DNA of 11,225 bases, from contig NW_021827095.1 of the NCBI RefSeq assembly GCF_006345805.1, positions 1 through 11,225 of the forward strand, in the 5' to 3' direction. The translations under genes were made by a program, and so were the position numbers. This stretch comes from Octopus sinensis (taxonomy: Eukaryota). Shown here one piece after another: positions 1 to 8,125 of this stretch; position 1 is the first letter of the stretch; each line of letters begins with the position of its first letter. The notes under the pieces were generated by a model. That model saw only the letters and a list, made by a program, of their open reading frames with translations. It had not been told where the DNA came from and did no database searches.

Positions 1-180
1 GCATGGCTTTTCGTAAATTAACGTTCTAGTATTTTTCGCATTACATGCTTGTTTCAACATTTCACATTAAAACTTATTAAAACTTGCATTGTTGAATGTT
101 TTGTCGTTGCAATGTTGTCATTTGCCGTCGTAATGTTTGTCATCACACACTAAATGCCAACTTCCTCAGTCTGGTTTCCT

Positions 181-204
181 CATTATCATCATTATTATAT
201 TATT

Positions 205-242
<38 letters not shown>

Positions 243-256
243 TATTATTATTATTA

Positions 257-308
<52 letters not shown>
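181..308. repeat. Compound (CAT)n/(TAT)n microsatellite
   Basis: Directly visible trinucleotide runs; explains the poly-His/Tyr and poly-Asn/Asp ORFs. Confidence 0.97.
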
Positions 309-309
<1 letters not shown>

Positions 310-979
310 ACAACTGTGTTTTGATATTAAAATTGAAAAAAATCCATCTAGTTCGTAAAAAAAATTTGGACCTGGGTTTGTACCCACTAAGCAAATTTCG
401 TTCTCGGGCCACTGGTGGAGGGACAATAAGTTAGCTCTCTTGTCATAATTTCATGAGTGGTGGCGCTACGAGTAAGATTGTTGCCGTTGGATGTTACAAA
501 TGATAATACAATTGGTGTTTGTGATAAGTAGCTATTTGTGTTAGGGATGTTGCCAGTGTTGTTTTACTCTAGGTCAGTTATAATCACTCGCATTCCATCC
601 GTGACCATTTCGGTTTTCCTCTTCAGAGTCTAGGGAACCCAGCACCACAATATTAAAATGGTTCCTTCTTTTTAAGACAGTGGCATATGACATGAAAGAA
701 ATTCCATTTCTATTTCTAACAGAGAAAACGACCACGTAGAGGAAATCGATGCTACACCCAAAAGTATGGTTATTGGGTTGTGTCAATAAACTGGAAACAT
801 CGATGTCTAGGATGCCTGATATATGGCGACACAGAACAAACCGGATGTCTTCACACCTTTTACCATAAGAAAGATATTTTCTCCACGGTATCTGCATTGT
901 ATTTGCCTTTTGACTGTTGGAATATGTCACAAACCTATTTTAACTAACCTAAATTTTAATCACTGTTGTTGTGGCTGTC

Positions 980-1254
980 GATGATGATGATGATGATGAT
1001 GAGGAGGAGGAGGAGGAATATGATGATGATGATGATGAGAGGAGGAGGAGGATGAATATGATGAATATGATGATGATGATGAGATGATGAGGAGGATGAA
1101 TATGATGATGAAGATGATGATGATGGCGATGATGATGATGTAGAGGAGGAGGAGGATGAAGATGATGATGATGATGATGATGAGGCGAAGGGTGAAGAGG
1201 ATGTGAAGATGATGATGATGAAGATGAGGAGGAGGAGGATGAAGATGATGAAGC

Positions 1255-1287
<33 letters not shown>

Positions 1288-1460
1288 CGACGACGAAAAT
1301 GATGATGTCGACGAAAATGATGATGACAACTCGACGATGGTGGTGGTGGTGGTGGTCTTGCTTCCTGTTGATAATATTGGCGATGAGATGACGATCATGA
1401 CGATGCTGGCGTCGGTAACGATAATGTCGACGGTGATGACGACAACAACGACGATGTGGT
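980..1460. repeat. Degenerate compound (GAT)n/(GAG)n/(GGT)n microsatellite
   Basis: Trinucleotide runs with a recurring GAATATGATG variant, decaying into GAC/GAT-rich low-complexity sequence after about 1290. Confidence 0.93.
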
Positions 1461-1769
1461 GATGGCAATTAAGTTCATGTGCCTCTTCACGATGCTGCCT
1501 CCACTCTCCGCTACATTCCTCAACCCCCCACCCCCCCACCCCCACACCGACGAACTTTATTATTTGAAAATGTCACTCAGGGTACTGTTACAAGTGTCGA
1601 TGACATACAGACAACAAAAAAAAATCATCGCAAAAAATGCTCAAATTAGAAAAAGCAAAATATAAAGCAAAACAACTAAAAGAAAAACACTATACAAAAA
1701 ACAACGAATAAAAAAAAAATAAACAAACGACCCCTTCCCCATCCCTCCCCCACCCCTTACTGAACTTAC

Positions 1770-1880
1770 CAAAATACTTCGAACGTGTTTCGGAGCTTGT
1801 TGGTAAGCGGTTTATACCGTTATTTATTTATTCGTTTTCAAAGAGCGATTTTAATGCTTCGACGCCATCTTTGCTGTCTT
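1770..1880 (-). promoter_or_regulatory. Possible non-coding (first) exon with YY1-like motif, ending at a consensus splice donor
   Basis: The minus strand reads ...AAGTATTTTG|GTAAGT (donor at 1769-1764) and AAGATGGCGTC (plus-strand GACGCCATCTT, about 1861-1871). The segment is locally CpG-rich. All three frames are closed between the upstream candidate acceptor and this donor. The 5' limit is arbitrary. Confidence 0.3.
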
Positions 1881-1928
1881 TTATTCCAAACAAGAGGTCG
1901 TCATTGTCAGACTGTATTTTATTGATGT

Positions 1929-2228
1929 CGTTGTTGCTGTTGTTGTTGTTGTTATTATTGTTGTTGTTGTTGCTATTATTATTATTGTTGTTGTTGTTGT
2001 TATTGTTGTTGTTGTTGCTATTATTATTATTGTTGTTGTTGTTGTTATTGTTGTTGTTGTTGTTGTTGCTATTATTATTATTGTTTTTGTTGTTGTTGTT
2101 ATTATTATTATTTTTATTATTATTATTGTTGTTGTTATTGTTGTTTTTGTTGTTGTTGCTATTATTATTATTATTATTATTATTATTGTTGTTGTTGTTG
2201 TTGTGGTTGTTATTATTATTATTGTTGA
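1929..2228. repeat. Compound (TTG)n/(TTA)n microsatellite with higher-order units
   Basis: Direct; source of the poly-Leu and poly-Thr/Ile ORFs. Confidence 0.97.
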
Positions 2229-2236
2229 TTTAAAGC

Positions 2237-2259
2237 ACGGAAACTGAAAGAAGACCGTC

Positions 2260-2299
<40 letters not shown>

Positions 2300-2525
2300 T
2301 TGCGTGTGTATGTGTGTGTGTGTTTGTGTGTCTCACTTTGTCCCCCACCATAATCGATTGACAACCGATGCTGGTGCGTTTACGTCCCCGTAACTTAGCG
2401 GTTCGGCAAAAAACACCAATAGAATAAGTACTATGCTTACAAAAAACAAACCCTGGGGTCGGTTTGCTCGACTAAAGGCACTGCTGCAGACTGGGCACAG
2501 TCAAATTACTGAAAGAAGGAAAATA
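2237..2525 (+). mobile_element. 5'-truncated octopus-type SINE (family A) with internal (TA)n(TG)n linker
   Basis: Begins ACGGAAACTGAAAGAAG, then the microsatellite linker and a 3' half (GACAACCGATGCTGGTG...TAAGTAC...GGGGTCG...TCGACTAAAGG...CAGTCAAAT.ACTGAAA) colinear with the reverse complement of 2708-2980. Confidence 0.85.
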
Positions 2526-2539
2526 ATTTATATATTCTT

Positions 2540-2703
2540 CTGTCTTCTACTTGTTTCAGTCATTAGACCGCGACCAAGCTGGAGCAACACTAACCTTTTT
2601 TTATTCTAAAGCCGGGTACTTATTTTCTAAGTCCCTTTGGCCGAACCGCTAACTTACTGGGACGTAAACACACCATTTTCTATTGTCAAGGGGCGGTGGG
2701 GAA
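2540..2703 (-). mobile_element. Diverged 3'-half fragment of SINE family A
   Basis: CTTGTTTCAGTCATT...GCTGGAGCA...GTACTTATT...GCCGAACCGCTAA...GGGACGTAAACACACCA matches 2720-2880 in the same orientation, with an internal deletion. Confidence 0.8.
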
Positions 2704-2707
2704 CTCA

Positions 2708-2921
2708 TACTCTCTTTCACTTGTTTCACTCATTTGACTGCGGCCATGCTGGAGCACCGCCTTTAGTCGAGCAAATCGACCCCGGGACTTATTCTTTGTA
2801 AGCCCAGTACTTATTCTATCGGTCTCTTTTGCCGAACCGCTAAGTGACGGGGACATAAACACACCAGCATCGGTTGTCATGCAATGCTAGGGGGACAAAC
2901 ACAGACACACACACATACACG

Positions 2922-2959
<38 letters not shown>

Positions 2960-3114
2960 TACGACAGGCTTCTTTCAGTTTCCGCCTACCAAATCCACTC
3001 ACAAGGCTTTGGTCGGCCCGAGGCTATAGTAGAAGACACTTGCCCAAGATGCCACGCCCAAGATGAACCCGGAACCATGTAGTTAGTAAGCAAGCTACTT
3101 ACCACACAGCCACA
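2708..3114 (-). mobile_element. Near full-length tRNA-derived SINE (family A)
   Basis: The minus-strand head (GTGGCTGTGTGGTAAGTAGCTTGCTTACT..CATGGTTCCGGGTTCA) aligns with the + copy at 6415, followed by the core (TTGGGCAAGTGTCTTCTACTATAGCCTCGGGCCGACCAAAGCCTTGTGAGTGGATTTGGTAGGCGGAAACTG), a (TA)n/(TG)n linker and the 3' half. Confidence 0.9.
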
Positions 3115-3124
3115 CTGTTTTCTG

Positions 3125-3350
3125 TGTTTCGTCTGCAGCCACGCTGGCGACAGTTTATTTATGGGTTTCCGTGAATTTTAAGGTCATTAAATCCAATATT
3201 TTTTCGCGGAATTCTGTTTTCTTCATCACGGGAGAGGTGACAGTAGTAGGAGCAGTGGTGGCCCTCATGGCAAAGAGGAAAAAAATAAGCTTTGATATGA
3301 GGGGAATACGTGGGAAGAGATCCCAGTAACACGACATATTGTTCAAAGTT
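3125..3350 (-). pseudogene. Decayed fragment of an RTE-clade LINE apurinic-like endonuclease (APE) domain
   Basis: The minus strand gives TAPTTVTSPVMKKTEFREKILDL (APT at 3253-3245), resembling RTE YAPTxTS...K..FYE.L, and ASVAAD (3148-3131), resembling (GDFN)ARVGAD. A neighbouring frame gives LLGSLP...FPLCHEGH, resembling LPKG...RLPL...HAT. Frameshifted and gapped; matched by eye only. Confidence 0.45.
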
Positions 3351-3377
3351 CCGATTCTGTCAGCCCTTGCTTGTATA

Positions 3378-3915
3378 TCCATGTATGTATGTATGTATGT
3401 ATGTATGTATGTATGAATGTATGTATGTGTGTGTGTATGTATGTATGTATGTATGTATGTATGTATGTATGTATGTATATATGTATGTATGTGTGTGTAT
3501 GTATGTATGTATGTATACATGTATGTATGTATGTATATATGTATGTATTTGTGTATGTATGTATGTATGTATGTATGTATGAAAGTGTTTATGTGCGTAT
3601 GTATATATGTATGTTGACCAAAATTGAGTGTATGATAGAAGAAGGCTTGCTCTTCATTCCGTAGGAGAAAAAATTCAAGTCGGACCATGTTAACACCAAA
3701 AATTATTTACATCAAAAAGGTGCTTTTTTTCTATGAAAATCCCTATTTTTTAACGATTTTTTGACTGGTGTGTCGCTATTTTTCGGTGTATTTCAACCAG
3801 CAAAATGTTCACTTAAAGAGAATAACAAGCTACATAATGCAAAATTTTTACTTTTCAAAAATTCCAATTCTAAAGGGTCGAAACAAACACGAGCAGCGTC
3901 GGGCTATACTGCTAG
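3378..3915 (+). mobile_element. Candidate non-autonomous Helitron-like element carrying an (ATGT)n microsatellite
   Basis: The 3' end is CTAG|T (3912-3916), preceded by a degenerate GC-rich hairpin CACGAGCAGCGTCGGG (3888-3903). A possible 5' end A|TC lies at 3377-3379. The terminus resembles insect Lep1-type ...CGGGC....GCTAGT ends. The 5' boundary is uncertain. Confidence 0.55.
3381..3612. repeat. (ATGT)n microsatellite
   Basis: Direct. Confidence 0.97.
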
Positions 3916-3983
3916 TCTTTATATAATTATAATAAAAAAATATCTTAGCTATTCGCAGTGCATTCGCAAATTCTATTTCTCCT

Positions 3984-4018
3984 ATACACACACACACGTA
4001 CACACACGTACACACACG

Positions 4019-4072
<54 letters not shown>

Positions 4073-4075
4073 CAT
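3984..4075. repeat. (CA)n/(TA)n microsatellite
   Basis: Direct. Confidence 0.95.
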
Positions 4076-4372
4076 GTATCTAAGTGTGTTCACTCATGTA
4101 TGCATTTATATATGTGTGTATCGACTTGCTTATCTTGCAGTACATGGAGTCGTTCCGATGCGTATGTTATTCCGTATAGTTCAAACACATGCCTGCTAAA
4201 ATACACTTCACAAAGAAAGGTTAACGACCGCTGAATTCACCCGAATATAAGAATAAATAAATACACAAATACTAATAATAATAATAATAATACTAATAAT
4301 ATTCCTGCTGTTGCAGTTCCTGCTGTGTGCTTTACTGCATGTCGAGAGCGAATGCTACAATCGTTACCCGAG

Positions 4373-4428
4373 CAGCAGCAGCAGCTAGATCCAGCAGCGG
4401 CAGCTACAGCAACAGCAGCAGTGACAGC

Positions 4429-4481
<53 letters not shown>

Positions 4482-4675
4482 AATTAGTAGTAGTAGTAGT
4501 AATAGTAGTAGTAGTAATAGCAGAAGTAGTAGTAGCAGCAGCAGTAGTAGTAGTAGTAGTAGCAGCAGAAGCAGTAGTAAAAGTAGTAGCTGCAGCAGCG
4601 GCAGCAGCGGCAGCAGCAGCAATAGTAGTAGTAGTAGTAGTAGTAGTAGCAGTAGTAGTAGTAGTAGTAGTAGTA
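4373..4675. repeat. Compound (GCA)n/(GTA)n microsatellite
   Basis: Direct; source of the poly-Val/Ala, poly-Ser, poly-Leu, poly-Thr and poly-Tyr ORFs. Confidence 0.96.
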
Positions 4676-4940
4676 ACAGAAATGGCAAGCACGCACTGTT
4701 GTTTAATTTCATTGGTTTAACCCACACCCTGCCACTACCGCCATCAAAATTAATAGCCATTTGTGCTTATTTAACAAGACTTAACCTTTTTGGCGTGGGA
4801 CGAAACGGTTGTGTTTGCGAAATGAAACCGCATCCGTAGACTTGTCCTATTTGCCATTTTTTACTGATTTACACTTCCTCTGGAGAACGAAAGATTATTT
4901 TGATTATGTGTCTCTAACTAGTATTTTGCATCACTGCTAT

Positions 4941-5070
4941 AGGCTGCGTGTTAGCAGAATTGTCAGGGCATCAGGTAAAAAAATCTTACGATATGAATTC
5001 CGGCTCTCTACGCTTATCTGAGTCCAAATACCACTGACGTCAAATTTTGCCATTTCAGTCTTTCTTGATA
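4941..5070 (+). mobile_element. Old, heavily diverged copy of SINE family C (same family as 10393-10624)
   Basis: AGGCTGCGTGTTAGCAGAAT...CTGAGTCCAAATACCACTGACGTCAAATTTTGCCATTTCAGTCTTTC aligns by eye with the reverse complement of 10500-10624 (AGGCGGCGAGCTGGCAGA...CTGAGTTCAAATTCCGCCGAGGTCAACTTTGCCTTTCATCCTTTC). Confidence 0.65.
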
Positions 5071-5369
5071 TAGAAAGAAAATGACAGCTTATTAATGACC
5101 TGTGTTAGCAGTGCTATTAAATCCCTTGTAGAACACACTATTGACTTATAAACGCGCTTAGTTACTTTACAATATATTACGGCTGCATAACGAAATACAG
5201 TCATCAATATTTAGGTACCAACTTCCTGGAATGTGTTTAATATGTAAAACTGGTATATGCAATAATGTTACACTGCTATATTTAGTATTTATAAAAGCAA
5301 TAAGTTTCTAGGTTAGATGGGTGCTGATGAAGGATCAAGAACTCCTGAAATATGGCATATGCAGCCATT

Positions 5370-5680
5370 TTTTTCGCCCTTTTCAAACCTAGTCAGGCTT
5401 ATGGGTGCGGTTTCCCGGTTTCTATGGCGTATGTGTTCCCCCCAGCTGGATGAGACGCCAGCCCATCGCAGCGTTACTCAAGGAACAGGAAGAGAGAGTG
5501 AGTGAGAGAAAGTTGTGGCGAAAGAGTACAACAGGGTTCACCACCACCCCCTGCCGGAACGTCGTGGAGTTTTTAGGTGTTTTCGCTCAATAATCACACA
5601 CAACTCCCGGTCTGGGAATCGAAACCGCGATCCTCCGGCCGCGAGTCTGCTGCCCTAACCACTGGGCCATTCCGCCTCGA
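5370..5680 (-). mobile_element. Full-length tRNA-derived SINE (family B) with 14-bp target-site duplication
   Basis: The minus-strand head GAGGCGGAATGGCCCAGTGGTTAGGGCAGCAGACTCGCGG...GGTTTCGATTCCCAGACC contains Pol III A- and B-box-like motifs, and the 3' end has a short A tail. It is flanked by the direct repeat CATATGCAGCCATT at 5356-5369 and 5681-5694. Confidence 0.9.
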
Positions 5681-6318
5681 CATATGCAGCCATTAGCCAT
5701 TTTTTTTATCTTCGGTCTCATTGTTGCTTAAATTAGGTGTACTGGGATACGAAACATCATAACAAAATCAAGGCTGGTTATAATTTTTATAGGAAATCTC
5801 TAAAGACTAAAGATAACCTTGACAAATGCCTCTTTATTACTGTGGATGGTACTTCTATTTCTTTCTGCAAGCAATCGAACGTGTTCATACCTGGAGAGGG
5901 AGCCGCTCAGCTTGGCCTTAAGATATATGCCTACTCTATAAATCACATTTATAATTTGTCATTATTCATCGATCTTAAAACGTGCGTAACAGATATGACA
6001 TAGAAGAATGATCAACTTCGTGTTACATGTTTTTCTCAGGGAAGGACGAGGAACTTGGTTTTCTTGTTTTCGTTTCGTTCTTCTCGTTCAATTTTCTATA
6101 TCAACCTTCTTTGCGTTTTTCTTCTCGTTTTTTTTTTTTTTGTCTTTTGTAAGTTTATAACTATCCAGCGTCATGGTTTTTAAAATATATATATAGCACA
6201 GAAACAGAGCCTGTACCACTGCTTGGAGATACATGGCGTATTTTGAAAATATGCCTATTTAAAGTATCACAAAAGCATGAAACTATTAGTAGCGTTTTCG
6301 TAATGTGTATTAAGTTAA

Positions 6319-6370
6319 TACATACGTACACACACACGCAAGAATACATACGTACACACACACGCAAGAA
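6319..6370. repeat. Perfect 26-bp tandem duplication (TACATACGTACACACACACGCAAGAA x2)
   Basis: 6319-6344 is identical to 6345-6370. Confidence 0.95.
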
Positions 6371-6414
6371 ACGCGCACGTACATATATGTATTTATATAT
6401 ATATATATATATAT

Positions 6415-6600
6415 AGGCCTAGGAGTGGCTGTGTGGTAAGTAGCTTGCTTACCAACCACATGGTTCCAGGTTCAGTCCCACTGCGTGGCAGCTTGGGCAA
6501 GTGTCTTCTACTATAGGCTCGGGCCGACGAAAGCCTTGTGAGTGGATTTGATAGACGGAAACTGAAAGAAGCCTGTAGTATATATATGTGTGTGTGTACG
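6415..6600 (+). mobile_element. 5' half of SINE family A (head and core) running into an expanded microsatellite
   Basis: A-box-like TGGCTGTGTGG (6426-6436) and B-box-like GGTTCAGTCCC (6469-6479); the core matches the reverse complement of 2965-3114; the 3' half is absent. Confidence 0.9.
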
Positions 6601-6733
6601 TATGTATGTATGTATGTATATATGTACGTACGTACGTATGTATGTATGTATGTACGTACATATGTATGTATGTATGTATGGTATGTATGTATGTGTGTGT
6701 GTATGTATGTATGTATGTATGTATGCATGTACG

Positions 6734-6767
<34 letters not shown>

Positions 6768-6792
6768 TGTATGTATGTATGCATGTACGTAC

Positions 6793-6823
<31 letters not shown>

Positions 6824-6880
6824 TGTATGTATGTATGTATGTATGTATGTATGTATGTATGAATGTGGGTATGTATGTAT
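6580..6880. repeat. (GTAT)n microsatellite
   Basis: Direct. Confidence 0.97.
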
Positions 6881-6931
6881 GAAAAGGAAGAGTCAGAAAA
6901 GTGAAATCATATCACGAAATGTCCTACTTGA

Positions 6932-7235
<304 letters not shown>

Positions 7236-7523
7236 TAAAGAGCCGCCGGAAAATAAAGGAATTAAAAGCACAATCAGACTACAATAAGCACAAAAGATTT
7301 CCTCAAAAGAATTCTAGCTTGTAACATTAATGGTTTGTTCTACAAAGACACAAAACTCCCACACAACTAAAGTTTATAGAAAACGGAAACTATGCATCCA
7401 TAAACGACATGACAATTAATAGACATTGAAAATTTAGCCACACATCGGTGCAGCGTTATCTATCATGGAATTTATATCTAGCGACATTTGTATTCACATG
7501 CACATGTACACACATGCATATGT

Positions 7524-7618
7524 ACTCAAACACACACACACATACATACATACATACATACATACATACATAACATACATACATACATACATATACATAT
7601 ATATATATATATATATAT
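7524..7618. repeat. (CA)n/(CATA)n/(TA)n microsatellite
   Basis: Direct. Confidence 0.95.
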
Positions 7619-7672
7619 AATAAAGCAATAATAAATCTCAGAGCGAGTTATAAACAGTAGCTGCAACACATC

Positions 7673-8080
7673 GTGACGTATATTTGCCATTTAAATATGG
7701 CTAACCCCCTAAGGGTGGATGCTACTGTAGTTTGTAGCCCCAGGAGGACACCTCCTCCAGCTGGCTATAGACACACTTTCTGTGCCCTGTCAGTATTTGC
7801 AAATATCGATACTGGAAAAAGGTATAAGTATTTGTGAAGGGAACCTACTTTTCATCGACAACTGTGATTGTCACACGCTGATGACGGGTCAATACCCAGA
7901 AACTGGAGTCCGTGTGTATCATAAGTTGGAGACGGGAAGGATGGCTTCCCTTTGCAAATACTGATAGGGCACAGAAAGTGTGTCTATAGCTAGCTGGAGG
8001 AGTTGTCCTCCTGGGGCTACAAACTACAGTAGCATCCACCCTTAGGGGTTAGCCATATTTATATGGCAAATATACGTCAC
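7673..8080. mobile_element. Fold-back element: about 130-bp inverted arms (7673-7803 and 7951-8080) around a 147-bp loop
   Basis: The left arm GTGACGTATATTTGCCAT...CAGTATTTGCAAA is the reverse complement of the right arm, with about five differences by manual comparison. No target-site duplication is evident; (TA)n tracts lie on both sides. Confidence 0.92.
7859..7928 (+). ncRNA. Type I hammerhead ribozyme (minimal stem III, Penelope/retrozyme type)
   Basis: Stem I CACACG (7872-7877)/CGTGTG (7911-7916); core CTGATGA (7878-7884); stem II GGGT-CAAT-ACCC (7886-7897); GAAA (7899-7902); stem III AC-TGGA-GT; cleavage triplet GTC (7908-7910). Stem I extends via TGAT/ATCA and CAACT/AGTTG. Positions 10.1/11.1 are a non-canonical C.A pair. 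Confidence 0.85.
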
Positions 8081-8125
8081 TATATATATATTATATATAT
8101 ATATATATATATAGATATTATATAT
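8081..8125. repeat. (TA)n microsatellite
   Basis: Direct. Confidence 0.95.

Noticed and set aside
372-395. Minus-strand LVGTNPGP resembling a 2A StopGo motif (DxExNPGP)
   Set aside because: It lacks the essential D and E and has no downstream LINE ORF.
574-930. ORF MTYSNSQK..., with faint resemblance to the DUSP11/RNGTT N-terminus (WRKYLSYGKR) or a small-GTPase strand
   Set aside because: Only a few residues match, with no catalytic or P-loop motif.
1826-2228. Minus-strand poly-Asn frame ending DINKIQSDNDDLLFGIKDSKDGVEALKSLFENE*
   Set aside because: It looks protein-like, but there is an in-frame stop just upstream of the repeat, no ATG and no good acceptor.
3139-3329. Plus-strand exon candidate after TTTCGTCTGCAG encoding hydrophobic segments and KRKK
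   Set aside because: It is the antisense register of the RTE endonuclease-like frame, which is the simpler explanation.
5600-5680. tRNA-like sequence; similar heads at 6415-6480 and 10545-10624
   Set aside because: These are SINE heads joined to SINE bodies, without complete cloverleafs.
5737-6003. 88-aa ORF YWDTKHHNK...; also a minus-strand mini-exon candidate VGIYLKAKLSGSLS|GTATGA
   Set aside because: No recognisable domain beyond a faint RT-like ITVDG; not enough evidence to call.
7782-7964. 60-aa ORF across the fold-back loop
   Set aside because: It spans arm and ribozyme sequence, shows no homology I recognise, and is explained by the RNA structure.
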